Shown here one piece after another: positions 51,161 through 60,833 of a stretch of 64,000 nucleotides of DNA. The first letter of the stretch is position 1, and each line of letters starts with the position of its first letter. The position numbers were made by a program, and so were the translations under genes. The stretch covers positions 1,296-65,295 of the forward strand of contig DAISZK010000009.1 in assembly GCA_036824855.1 (NCBI GenBank), in the 5' to 3' direction. The notes beneath the pieces were generated by a model. The model had not been told where the DNA came from, made no database searches, and saw nothing but the letters and a program-made list of their open reading frames with translations. This stretch comes from Chthoniobacterales bacterium. Its GTDB lineage: Bacteria > Verrucomicrobiota > Verrucomicrobiia > Chthoniobacterales > UBA6821.

Positions 51161-53254
51161 ATGAACCGCATCCTTACAGCCCTGATCATTCCCTTGGCTT
51201 TGGGCTTGCTGCCTGCACTCCAAGCCGCCCAGGAAACCGTTGTCCCGCCGGCGCCATACGGTCCCGTTCCTGAAGCCCGGCAACTCAACTGGCAAAGCCT
51301 CCATGTCTATGCCTTCATCCATTTCTCCGTGAACACATTTACGGGAAACCAATGGGGAGGCGGTGACGAGGCCCCCTCGGTGTTCAACCCGACCGGATTC
51401 GACGCATACCAAATCGTGCGCACGGTTCGCGAGGCGGGCATGGCCGGACTTATCCTCACCTGCAAGCACCATGACGGCTTCTGCCTCTGGCCCAGCGCCT
51501 ACACCGAGCATTCGGTGAAGAACAGTCCGTGGCGCGGCGGTAAGGGCGACGTGGTCAAGGAACTCTCCGAGGCCTGCCGACACCAAGGCATCCTCTTCGG
51601 CGCCTATCTCTCGCCTTGGGATCGTAACCACGCGGAATACGGGTATCCAAAGTATCTCGAATACTACCGAAACCAGATCCGTGAACTACTCACGAATTAC
51701 GGCCCCGTGTTCGAAATGTGGTTTGACGGGGCCAACGGGGGCTCCGGTTATTACGGAGGAAAAATAGGGCGCAGGAACATCGATGCATCGACCTATTACG
51801 ACTGGCCCCGGACGTTCTCCCTGATCCGGGAACTGCAGCCCACAACGATCATCTGGACTCCCGACACCCAGGGAGATGTCCAGTGGGGCGGCAGCGAGAG
51901 CGGCACGGTCAAGGATCCCTGCTGGGCCACCGACGGAACGGGCCTTCACGACGGGAAGAAATGGATACCCAAGGAGGCGGACGTCTCGATGCGGCGCGAT
52001 TGGTTCTATAACCCGAACCCTGCCCAGATAGCCTCGATCAAGACTCCCACCCAGCTCATGGACATTTATTTCAACAGCGTCGGACGGGGAGCCAACCTCA
52101 TCCTGAATCTCACTCCCGACCGTCGGGGAGTCATCCCGGAACCCGACGTGGAAGCCCTCAAGGCCTGGCACGCCGTGATGCAGAAAACCTTCGGAACTGA
52201 CCTGGCCCGCGATGCCGTCATCACCGCATCCAATGTCCGCGGTAATGCCGCGGGATTCGGGCCGGAAAACATGATCGAGGGCCGGAAAAAATCCCCTGAT
52301 TCCTATTGGTCTACAGACGATGCGGAGAAGTCCCCCTCCTTCATCGTCGATCTGGGAAAACCCGTTCTTTTCAACGTGATCGAACTCCGTGAATACCTCC
52401 CGCTGGGTCAGCGGGTGGGCCGGGTCTCCTTCGACAGATGGGATGGTAACGCCTGGGTGGAGATGACGCATATTCCTTCCGTCGGCAGCCAGCGACTCGT
52501 CAGGCTTCCCGACATCACCGCCTCCAAGGTTCGTGTCCGTATTCTTGAATCCGCCGCCTGCCCGGCCGTTTCACGCTTCGGGCTTTACCGCATGCCGGCA
52601 CTGCCGAGCGATCCCCAGATCAGTCGCGATCGATCCGGCATGGTCTCCATCACCCCGAAATCCGCGACGGGAAAGTTACATTACACGCTTGATGAGCAGG
52701 ATCCGAACGCCTCATCACCCGTCTACACCGCCCCCTTTGCCTTGCCCAACGGAGGGATGGTCAAGGTAAGGGACATCCTGGAGGGTGGAAGGCAAAGCCC
52801 TGTCGTCGCCAAGACATTCGGATTGTCCAAGGGCAAATGGAAAGTCGTTTCGGGATCGTACACACAGGACGCGGAGAAGGTAATTGATGATGATCCGAAG
52901 ACCGACTGGTACACCGTGGAAAAGAAAGGTGATGTCCGGACGGTCCATCACGCACCCCAATCCCTGGAGGTGGACATGGGTGAGCCATCGACGGTGTCCG
53001 GTTTCACCTATCTTCCCAACCCGAGACGAACCGGCGCCGCCGTCGATCAGTACCGGTTCTTCCTAAGCATGGACGGGAAGGACTGGGGAAAGCCCGTGGC
53101 CGAGGGGAAATTCGCGAATATCAAGGCATCACCGATCGAGCAGGCAGTGACATTTCCCAAAAAGCGGGCGCGCTATTTCCGCTTTGAGGCCCTTCACACT
53201 GTTCAACCGGATGAAGGTGTTTCGGTTAACGAATTGGGATTGATCGGCGATTGA
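51161..53254 (+). CDS. Alpha-L-fucosidase (GH29) with F5/8-type (CBM32-like) and FN3-like domains
   Basis: Signal peptide; FIHFSVNTF, KHHDGFCLWPS, YLSPWD, WFDG nucleophile, SVGRGA.L.LN, two discoidin-like modules. Confidence 0.92.
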   Translation: MNRILTALIIPLALGLLPALQAAQETVVPPAPYGPVPEARQLNWQSLHVYAFIHFSVNTFTGNQWGGGDEAPSVFNPTGFDAYQIVRTVREAGMAGLILTCKHHDGFCLWPSAYTEHSVKNSPWRGGKGDVVKELSEACRHQGILFGAYLSPWDRNHAEYGYPKYLEYYRNQIRELLTNYGPVFEMWFDGANGGSGYYGGKIGRRNIDASTYYDWPRTFSLIRELQPTTIIWTPDTQGDVQWGGSESGTVKDPCWATDGTGLHDGKKWIPKEADVSMRRDWFYNPNPAQIASIKTPTQLMDIYFNSVGRGANLILNLTPDRRGVIPEPDVEALKAWHAVMQKTFGTDLARDAVITASNVRGNAAGFGPENMIEGRKKSPDSYWSTDDAEKSPSFIVDLGKPVLFNVIELREYLPLGQRVGRVSFDRWDGNAWVEMTHIPSVGSQRLVRLPDITASKVRVRILESAACPAVSRFGLYRMPALPSDPQISRDRSGMVSITPKSATGKLHYTLDEQDPNASSPVYTAPFALPNGGMVKVRDILEGGRQSPVVAKTFGLSKGKWKVVSGSYTQDAEKVIDDDPKTDWYTVEKKGDVRTVHHAPQSLEVDMGEPSTVSGFTYLPNPRRTGAAVDQYRFFLSMDGKDWGKPVAEGKFANIKASPIEQAVTFPKKRARYFRFEALHTVQPDEGVSVNELGLIGD

Positions 53255-53340
53255 TCCCATGCAAACTCACCGTATTTCCGCAGAGAGGGGACATTCCCCC
53301 TTCCAATCACCTTCCGAAAAACCTCCCATACCCAGTCACC

Positions 53341-53826
53341 ATGAATAACCCCAAAAGCGGCGAAAAGGCCCCCTCCTTCACCACCACCGCGGTCGGTGGG
53401 AAATACGGCACCGGCACATCCCTCAAACTTACCGACCTGAAGGGATCGCCAGTCGTGCTCTACTTTTACCCAAAGGACGACACGCCGGGCTGCACGACTC
53501 AGGCCTGCGGGATCAGGGATGCCTGGTCGGAGATCATGGCGACGGGGGCCCATCTTTTCGGCGTCAGCATCGATTCGGCCAAGTCCCATGAGAAATTCAT
53601 CACCAAGTTCGACCTCCCCTTCCCCCTGTTAAGCGACACCGATAAATCAATCGTGGAGGCTTATGGCGTCTGGGTGGAGAAATCAATGTACGGAAAGAAG
53701 TACATGGGAACAGAGCGCACCACCTACATCATCGACCCAACGGGTAAGATCGCCTCCATCTTCCCCAAGGTAAAACCAGCCGAGCACACGGGCCTCGTCT
53801 TGAAAGCTCTGCAGGAACTGAACTAA
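53341..53826 (+). CDS. bcp: Peroxiredoxin Q / bacterioferritin comigratory protein
   Basis: LYFYPKDDTPGCTTQAC, EKSMYGKKYMG.ER.T; start moved to 53341. Confidence 0.95.
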   Translation: MNNPKSGEKAPSFTTTAVGGKYGTGTSLKLTDLKGSPVVLYFYPKDDTPGCTTQACGIRDAWSEIMATGAHLFGVSIDSAKSHEKFITKFDLPFPLLSDTDKSIVEAYGVWVEKSMYGKKYMGTERTTYIIDPTGKIASIFPKVKPAEHTGLVLKALQELN

Positions 53827-53847
53827 GAAGGCTGTTGCGGAGTTCGG

Positions 53848-54408
53848 CTATTTTCCCAAGAGATCATTCTTGAGATCGGTCGCTACGGGGTTAGACCCGA
53901 ACCAGAGGCTCAGGAAAGACTTCTGAAAATCACGCCCAGGAATGGTTCCTTTCTTCGTGCCCTGATCGAAGATCACGGTGTTCGTTCCTAATAACTGAAC
54001 CTTCTCAACGCCGAGGTTCTGAAGCGGGCCGAACATGGCAATAAACGCATCCCTATCCCGTGCATAGCCGGGATAGGTGTAGCTGGCACTCTCGGCAAAC
54101 TGTGATTCCCAGGCCTTAGTGACATCCGACTGGTTCACTGCCCTGAGGAAGGTGAAGTCGAACTCCATTGGTCCCGGAGAAGACATGATCCCTGAGTCCG
54201 TCCGTATCGCTGTCGGTGTGTAGAGGGAGGCGACATAGATTTTGATGGGAATCATCAGGAGGCTGAATGTCCGCAAACCCGCGCCGTTCAGCTGAAGAGT
54301 CTCTCCCCCTACCTGAGATGTCGGAGGCAGAGTCACACCCTGAATCTCAAGAGCGCGAGCTGAGTGCGCACTCATCAGGAGCAAAAGCAGGATCCATACC
54401 CTCTTCAT
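53848..54408 (-). CDS. Chalcone isomerase-like exported protein
   Basis: Signal peptide; LQLNGAGLR, IYVASLY, F...FLSLWFG..P....LK..LLG. Confidence 0.82.
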   Translation of the reverse strand: MKRVWILLLLLMSAHSARALEIQGVTLPPTSQVGGETLQLNGAGLRTFSLLMIPIKIYVASLYTPTAIRTDSGIMSSPGPMEFDFTFLRAVNQSDVTKAWESQFAESASYTYPGYARDRDAFIAMFGPLQNLGVEKVQLLGTNTVIFDQGTKKGTIPGRDFQKSFLSLWFGSNPVATDLKNDLLGK

Positions 54409-54410
54409 TA

Positions 54411-54869
54411 CTAAGCGCCGTAGCTCTTGGTGAACTTCTTCTTACCCTCGTCTTCAGCAACTGGAGTTGTTTCTGTCTTAGGAACTTCGGGCTGAGCAGG
54501 TAATTCGGGAGTCACCGAGTCATGGGTGTGATCACCATGATCACAGTTCTCGTCGTGAACATGACCGGAGGGAGCACCACCGCTGTGCGCTACCTGAGCC
54601 ACCTGCACGAAGGCCAACTGGAGCTCCGAGAGGACACTGGTCAGGATCTTCTCCTCATCCTTATTGAGATTACCACGGGTCTTCTCCTTGATGATCTCGA
54701 GGTGGTCGATGAACATCCGTGCGGCGTCGAGATTCACCTCGGCTTTTCCGGTTGAGGGATGTGCCATCTGACCGAGGCATAGGGCTGCTTGCTGGGCATT
54801 CATCATGACAAGTTCGATGAAGCGCTGGGTGAGATCAGCGGAATTGGTGGATTGTTGGATTTCAGCCAT
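54411..54869 (-). CDS. DUF1844 domain protein with His-rich insert
   Basis: LG...HP.TGK..VNLD.AR..ID.L..I.EKTRGNL...E...L...L.ELQL.FV. Confidence 0.85.
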   Translation of the reverse strand: MAEIQQSTNSADLTQRFIELVMMNAQQAALCLGQMAHPSTGKAEVNLDAARMFIDHLEIIKEKTRGNLNKDEEKILTSVLSELQLAFVQVAQVAHSGGAPSGHVHDENCDHGDHTHDSVTPELPAQPEVPKTETTPVAEDEGKKKFTKSYGA

Positions 54870-54932
54870 GGGATGTTGAGGTTAAGGGGATTGGGGTAAT
54901 GGGGATTGAGGATCTCGATAAAGGGGATCGCT

Positions 54933-57659
54933 TTAGGGAGCTTTAGAAGGATCGTGCAAGGGAGCTGTGGACTTTACTGCAGGAGGGCCGACAACAACTT
55001 CGACGCTCTTGGCATCACGGAAGTATTTATTCGCTACCCGCTTAGTATCCTCAAGGGTGACTTTTTCGATCTCGGCCTTGCGTACCTTGTCGTGATCGTA
55101 GCCGAGCCCGAGGAGTTCGTTGGTGGCACACATACCGGCCAGCGCGGCACTCGATTGATTCCGGATTGCCTCGGCACCCAGGAGCTTCGCCTTTGCCCTG
55201 TCGAGTTCCACCTGAGTAAGGCCTTCAGCAGCAAGTTTATCGATCTCGTCATTAAACTCATGCTTGGCCAGATCGACCTTCTTCGGATCCGTGCCGAGGT
55301 AAAAGACGAAGGCTCCGGGGGCTAGACCCGTGGAATTGGAAGCGCCGACAAAGTAGGCAAGGCCGAGTTTTTCGCGGATCCTGACAAAGAAGCGTGAACC
55401 GAGATCACTGGAGGCTTCTTCGATCAGTTCCAGCGCCGGCTTATCTGCTGCATCGATCGTCGTGCCAAGGAAGCCCTTCATGATCACTGCCTGCTGTTTC
55501 TGCCGCTCCGCGGATGTCTCAATCGACTTGGCTACAGGCGAGGAGACTGGAGGATGAGTCAGTGCAAGTTCACCTGATGGAAGGGATCCGAAGTCATCTT
55601 TTGCAAGGGCCAGCGCTTCGTCGGGATTCACAGCACCGAAAATGGAGAGGACACCATTCTTTCCAACCACAAGCTTGTCACGATAGGCCTGCAACTCCGC
55701 AGGGGTTAGCTTGGCAACGCTCTCTGGGGAACCTGTGGCACGAAGGGCATACGGGTGATTGCCATAGAGACGAGGCTTGAGCAAATTACGCGCAGTCGAG
55801 GTGATCTGGTCGTCTTCGGCTTTGATGGCGGCGAGCTGGGAATCCTTCTCCAACGCGACCTCTTCTGCCGGGAAGGTGGCATTGAGCAGGACATCCGAAA
55901 GAATCTTCATCCCCAGCGGGAGATCGTCCTTCATGACTTCAACGGCTACGGAGAAGCTATTGTTTCCGGAGGTGGCTCCGATCGAGCCTCCGACATGCTC
56001 GACAGTCTCCGCGATTTGCTGAGCTGTGCGGGTTTTTGTTCCCTTGACGATGGTGCTGGCCGTGAGTTGGGAGACGCCGTTGTTCACCGGTGTCTCAGCC
56101 AGGAGACCGCCACGGAAGGCCGCAATGATGGAGACAAGCGGCAGGCGGTTATCCTGGTGGATGAGGACGCGGAGTCCATTGGAGAGTGTCTCCTTGTGAA
56201 TTCCTGACTCGGCAGGTTTGACGGCAGCTGTCTCGGCCGATTTTTCTTGGTTGATCGGATCGAGTGAAGTCACCGTCAGCCCCTCGGGCTTGAGATAGAG
56301 GGCCGCCACGCGACGAACATCTTCAGGAGAGACCTTCTCGATCGACTCGAGGTAGCGCTTGCCGAACTCGGCATTGCCCGTCATGAGCCAGCCATTACCG
56401 TAATCAGATGCGCGTCCGCGCATGGTGGTCAGTCCATGGTAATGATCGGAGAGCAGGCCTTTTTTCGCCTTGGCGAGTTGCTCAGGAGTAACGCCATCAC
56501 GCGCGACTTTTTCAACCTGGGAAAGGATTTCCTTCTCCGCAACATCCCGCTTGTCGGGATCGGCAATCGCCCCCACATAGATGAGTCCTTCCTTGGGCGT
56601 GAGGGTGTAGAGCCCGGCTCCGATCTGATGCACCAGGCCTTTCTTCTCACGCACATCGGCATTGAGAATGGAGCTGGTACCCGCCCCAAGAATAGCCGAG
56701 AGAACCTCGACGGCAGGAGCATCCGGGCTCGTGGCTCCGGGAGCGCGCCAAGCGATATTCATACGGCTAAGGTCAGTCGGAAAGGTGTCCCGAGCCTGCT
56801 GCTTGCCAAGTTGAGGCGGCTCTTCGGCAATCGTCACGGGTTCGAGCGGCATGCGGGGATATTTCTCAAAGTAGTTTCTCAACTGGTCACGGATCTCGGC
56901 AGCATTCACGTCGCCGACGACAACGAAGCACAGGTTGTTTGGGACATAGCGGCGCTTGTAGTAATCCAAGACATCCTGACGGGTAAGCTTATTGTAGATA
57001 TCGAGGTGTCCGATGACTGGTTCCTTGAATGGGCTGACATGGTAAGCCGTTCGAAAAAGAAGGAGTGAAGCGGTACGATCGGGATTGTCATATCCCATGG
57101 CGAACTCGCGCCGGATAACCTCCTGCTCCTTGTTGTATTCCGCCTCAGGGAGAGTGGCATTCATCATCGCATCGGCCAGGATATCGACTGCCTTGGAAGC
57201 ACCTTTGGCGGGAACATCGATCCAGTAGACGGTACGATCGTAGGAGGTGTAGGCATTGATATACCCACCCTGATCCTGGACCTGACTGGCGATCACTCCG
57301 GGCGCCCGGGAGGAGGTTCCCTTGAAGAGCATGTGTTCAAGAATGTGAGAGAGGCCTGCCCCGAGGAGCTTCCCTTCATGAATGGATCCGGTATTGCACC
57401 AGGCCTGTACACTGGCAACGGGAGCCCCTTTGTTCTCCTCGACGATAAGTGTCAGACCATTCGGGAAAGTGAAGACCTGCGGCTTTGCGGAAAGGGACGG
57501 ATCCACCTTGGCGATCTCGTTGATAATCGCCGAGACTTCACCTCCCCCGGCATTCGTTCCCTCGGAACCCTTGGAAGCCCCCTGATGGTTCGACTGATCA
57601 GGAGATGCATTGAGGATGGGTAGAGAGATGAGCGTCATGAGTAGCAGGAGTGGTTTCAT
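54933..57659 (-). CDS. M16 family zinc peptidase (pitrilysin-like, fused active and inactive halves)
   Basis: Signal peptide; SHILEHMLFKGT inverted zinc motif, NAYTSYDRT; second half lacks HxxEH. Confidence 0.93.
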   Translation of the reverse strand: MKPLLLLMTLISLPILNASPDQSNHQGASKGSEGTNAGGGEVSAIINEIAKVDPSLSAKPQVFTFPNGLTLIVEENKGAPVASVQAWCNTGSIHEGKLLGAGLSHILEHMLFKGTSSRAPGVIASQVQDQGGYINAYTSYDRTVYWIDVPAKGASKAVDILADAMMNATLPEAEYNKEQEVIRREFAMGYDNPDRTASLLLFRTAYHVSPFKEPVIGHLDIYNKLTRQDVLDYYKRRYVPNNLCFVVVGDVNAAEIRDQLRNYFEKYPRMPLEPVTIAEEPPQLGKQQARDTFPTDLSRMNIAWRAPGATSPDAPAVEVLSAILGAGTSSILNADVREKKGLVHQIGAGLYTLTPKEGLIYVGAIADPDKRDVAEKEILSQVEKVARDGVTPEQLAKAKKGLLSDHYHGLTTMRGRASDYGNGWLMTGNAEFGKRYLESIEKVSPEDVRRVAALYLKPEGLTVTSLDPINQEKSAETAAVKPAESGIHKETLSNGLRVLIHQDNRLPLVSIIAAFRGGLLAETPVNNGVSQLTASTIVKGTKTRTAQQIAETVEHVGGSIGATSGNNSFSVAVEVMKDDLPLGMKILSDVLLNATFPAEEVALEKDSQLAAIKAEDDQITSTARNLLKPRLYGNHPYALRATGSPESVAKLTPAELQAYRDKLVVGKNGVLSIFGAVNPDEALALAKDDFGSLPSGELALTHPPVSSPVAKSIETSAERQKQQAVIMKGFLGTTIDAADKPALELIEEASSDLGSRFFVRIREKLGLAYFVGASNSTGLAPGAFVFYLGTDPKKVDLAKHEFNDEIDKLAAEGLTQVELDRAKAKLLGAEAIRNQSSAALAGMCATNELLGLGYDHDKVRKAEIEKVTLEDTKRVANKYFRDAKSVEVVVGPPAVKSTAPLHDPSKAP

Positions 57660-58114
57660 TTGGTAAAAAGCACCTGCTGATCACCCAATAAGGAATCAGC
57701 AGGGATCAATGGATTCGGGGATGGTAGAGGCGGAGGAAGAAAAGGGGCGATAAAGGCATCGTGAAAATCGAATCCGCGCTCGAAATCATCGATCCTGTCA
57801 TTTTCTGTGCGGCCAAAGGCTCCGGCTTCGATGAGGTTAAAAACCATCTCTCCAATATCTCGGCAAGAAGTAATCCCCCAATAGTTAAGAACAGTGGGGG
57901 CCATCGGTCCAAATTCCTTAAGTGCCATACGCTTGAATCCATCAAGCAGTTCCTCTGCAGAGACATGCGTAGAGACTGGTTGCTGCTTTGACTTCGAGCG
58001 CTTCTTGAGTGTGGCCTCCAGTGATTCCCTCAAGAATTGGTATCCCTCGGGGCGGTAACTCTCTTTTTTTGCAACAGCAAGGGCGACTGCTTCATTAAAT
58101 CCTGAAACTTTCAT
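57656..58114 (-). CDS. Verrucomicrobia/Planctomycetes-restricted conserved protein (Minf_1886-like)
   Basis: Y..E.Y.FLRE.L..T, HVSA.ELLDG, A..EFGPMA..VL..WGI..C.DIGE.VFNLI. Confidence 0.82.
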   Translation of the reverse strand: MKVSGFNEAVALAVAKKESYRPEGYQFLRESLEATLKKRSKSKQQPVSTHVSAEELLDGFKRMALKEFGPMAPTVLNYWGITSCRDIGEMVFNLIEAGAFGRTENDRIDDFERGFDFHDAFIAPFLPPPLPSPNPLIPADSLLGDQQVLFTK

Positions 58115-58132
58115 GTAATAGAGACGATGGGA

Positions 58133-58273
58133 TCAGTGGGTGGAACCTGAGTATGTCGCAGTCCGTTCAGGAAGCATGGCATTCAAACGCAGATGCCTGA
58201 TGCCTGCTCCCATAAGCAACGCAACAAGAATGAAGATCATCACTGCCTGCTCTTGCCGTGTGAGATTCAACAT
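58133..58273 (-). CDS. Small single-TM membrane protein (46 aa)
   Basis: MLNLTRQEQAVMIFILVALLMGAGIRHLR...; internal ATG of track ORF 58133..58381. Confidence 0.6.
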   Translation of the reverse strand: MLNLTRQEQAVMIFILVALLMGAGIRHLRLNAMLPERTATYSGSTH

Positions 58274-58352
58274 ACCAACACGATAATCTGGACGAGCGAA
58301 GGTGCAAGTGTCACGAGTGGATATCCTGTCTTTTACCCCTGTACCTCGCTCC

Positions 58353-59636
58353 TCACCATCCACGGCTTTGAACGGCATCAAGATAACGACCTACTGGGCC
58401 CTTGCGGAGCGTTGTGTCAGGAGATTTTAACAATGCGTCGAAGAGACCGCTTGGCACGGGGATCTTCGCCGCCTCGTACCAGTCCAAGTAGTCATTGATC
58501 TCCTGGGAACGTTTTAAGATAGAAGCTCGAAGCAATGTAAGTGAGGAGAGACTTTCTGTAAGCTTCTTGCCAGAGAGATGCTTAGTTGGTTTGAGAAGAT
58601 TCATTGTCGAGTCAATGAGAGGAATCACCAAGGGGTTCGCCTGAAATCGCAAGGCGCCGAGTCTTGAGTTGATCCCTTGGAAGGTAAAGTCCGCCCCCCT
58701 CTCCTTGCGAAGCTTTTCAAAGGAGACTGCATCCATGGGGATTGATTGTGCAACTGTATTGTATTGACGCAGGCTCTCACTGGCGTTCAGCACTCCAGTC
58801 ACATTTTTTTCTTCATGGGAAGAGGACGCCATCAGCAATAACCACTCTCTCTCGATTCGCTGCATCGGCCACCCTGATGGCCATCGTGACAGCGAAGCAA
58901 TGGAATCATGGTTCTTTTTCGAATCATTGGCCTCATCTCCTCGGATCCATTTTCTAAAGACGGCACTACCATCCCCCTTCAATCCCGCCTGAACAAGGGA
59001 AGCTGCCCTCCGATCGTAATTCTCCTCCAAGAGGTGGTTTTCATCATCAGGAGGCCGTTCCACCAAAAACGCTTCAATTCCTGGAGGAGCACCACCTTGA
59101 AGGTAGGAAACTTGGATATTTTTTTGAGTACTTGCATCATTACAAAGAGTGGCCAATCCATACGAGAGCCATGGAGGGATCTCCGGAATAGAGGATCCAA
59201 CAATAGGAGCTTTGCCCGCATAACGCTCCCGGAGAAGGATGGCACTTGAGAGAAGTCTAGCGGACTGGTCTCCGAACTGCGGCCCCTGTTCTTGGTGAAG
59301 ATCGATCTGAATCCTGGGCATTCCCCCTTCCAAAGAATCAACTCTGAGACTTGGCTGTTCTTGAACGGAGGGCTGTCGTCGATGGAGCACGACAAGCACC
59401 GGAGGGAAGTTCTGCGCATCAAAGCCGGTGATCTCGTAAAAACGTTTTTCTATGGCGCTCAACCAGCGCACCTCACGGCGAGTCGATTCCTGATCCTCGC
59501 ATTGGAGATGAAAGAGCCCCTGTGATGTGGTGACTCCTATTGGAGATGCTACAATGGTTTGCTGTATAAACAGTAAGGAGCCTATCCAAAGCACGAAGGC
59601 TAGTCGGATCCGGAAACAAATGTTGCCTCCGATCAT
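58353..59636 (-). CDS. Exported hypothetical protein
   Basis: 427-aa ORF with hydrophobic N-terminus, co-oriented with neighbours. Confidence 0.7.
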   Translation of the reverse strand: MIGGNICFRIRLAFVLWIGSLLFIQQTIVASPIGVTTSQGLFHLQCEDQESTRREVRWLSAIEKRFYEITGFDAQNFPPVLVVLHRRQPSVQEQPSLRVDSLEGGMPRIQIDLHQEQGPQFGDQSARLLSSAILLRERYAGKAPIVGSSIPEIPPWLSYGLATLCNDASTQKNIQVSYLQGGAPPGIEAFLVERPPDDENHLLEENYDRRAASLVQAGLKGDGSAVFRKWIRGDEANDSKKNHDSIASLSRWPSGWPMQRIEREWLLLMASSSHEEKNVTGVLNASESLRQYNTVAQSIPMDAVSFEKLRKERGADFTFQGINSRLGALRFQANPLVIPLIDSTMNLLKPTKHLSGKKLTESLSSLTLLRASILKRSQEINDYLDWYEAAKIPVPSGLFDALLKSPDTTLRKGPVGRYLDAVQSRGW

Positions 59637-59657
59637 TCGATTCCTCGTAGTACTTTT

Positions 59658-60407
59658 TTAGGGTTTGCTGCTGAGATCAATGAAACCGGGACGAATACGA
59701 ACGGTCTCTGCTTCTTTCATCATCTGCAACTCCTGGGTAAATGGCGCCGCACAAGAGCGCATAAAGGGAGTGATCAGCTTAAGAAAGGGCCCTCGAATGG
59801 GAAGCATGCCGATACTCGCAGATTCCGGAATGAGACTCCATTGAAGGGAGGCTCCTGAGAGGCGGAATGTTTCTGAAAAATGCAGTGGATAGTTCAGAAA
59901 TGTGAGTGTCACCGCACTGCGGAAACTACCATTTGCAAGGGTCACCGATGTGTCTACCCACTCGGGCAGGGGTATGAAATCAAAAGGAGCGGTCCATTGG
60001 ATCTTTCCTGCCTGAGCAAGCGCCTGATTGATAGTTGGTTGTGATATCATCACTTGAATCCCGCGAGACCCGATGATTTGATGGCGTAGAATTGACGGGG
60101 CATTCGAAATGGTCTGTGTATCGGGAAGAGGCACTTTCGGATCCATCACGGCAAGAACAGCAGCGACAGTGAGTGCAACCGAGAGGAGATAACGGACAAA
60201 TCCCCAGAGGCGCGAAAGGAGAGTGAGTTTTTGCTCAGGCTCTTCTTCTACGCGCTGAACACGACGAGCAGCGACAGCAACTGATGTTGGAAGAGGATCA
60301 TCCCCATCATTCTGTGGGGATTTCGGAAGAATGCTCCCACAGTGAGAGCAGTAGACTTGATTTGGGGAATTATCCTGACCGCAGGAAGTACACCGGATGG
60401 TCGTCAT
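59658..60407 (-). CDS. Zinc-ribbon plus TM hypothetical protein
   Basis: CTSCG..N.....YCSHCGS zinc ribbon, TM helix near aa 70-90. Confidence 0.72.
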   Translation of the reverse strand: MTTIRCTSCGQDNSPNQVYCSHCGSILPKSPQNDGDDPLPTSVAVAARRVQRVEEEPEQKLTLLSRLWGFVRYLLSVALTVAAVLAVMDPKVPLPDTQTISNAPSILRHQIIGSRGIQVMISQPTINQALAQAGKIQWTAPFDFIPLPEWVDTSVTLANGSFRSAVTLTFLNYPLHFSETFRLSGASLQWSLIPESASIGMLPIRGPFLKLITPFMRSCAAPFTQELQMMKEAETVRIRPGFIDLSSKP

Positions 60408-60805
60408 GATTTTTTAGGGGGGGATTTCTTGCTCTTAGCGAACTCGGGTAGGGAGGTTTTTTTTGAGTCGGCCGTGGCCTCCTTCGATGGAGATGTGGGG
60501 CCTGTGGAAGCTGAGGATGAGGCTGGTGATGAAGGGGGTGAAGTTGCAGATGGTGTTGATTCACTTTTTGAGGCGCTTTCCGCCGCGCTCTTGTATCCCT
60601 CGCTGCGATAATCAGTGATATAAAATCCTGATCCTTTGAAAATCAGCCCGGCACCAGCACCGATCAATCTAATGACCTTGCCTTTACCCCAGGTCTTCAT
60701 CTGGCACTTATCCTTGGGACAGGTTTTATAGGCTTCATCCTTCATCGACTGGAAGGCATCGAATCTCTTCTTGCACTTGGTGCACTCGTATTCGTAGGTA
60801 GGCAT
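60404..60805 (-). CDS. FmdB-family zinc-ribbon regulatory protein
   Basis: MPTYEYECTKC...CP...FKGSGFYITDY, Ser-rich tail. Confidence 0.9.
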   Translation of the reverse strand: MPTYEYECTKCKKRFDAFQSMKDEAYKTCPKDKCQMKTWGKGKVIRLIGAGAGLIFKGSGFYITDYRSEGYKSAAESASKSESTPSATSPPSSPASSSASTGPTSPSKEATADSKKTSLPEFAKSKKSPPKKS

Positions 60806-60833
60806 GAGGTGAGGTCTGTAAGGGTTTCGGTAC

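Noticed and set aside
49781-51631. 322-aa and 288-aa - strand ORFs
   Set aside because: Antisense to pepF, the histidine kinase and the fucosidase; no recognisable domains
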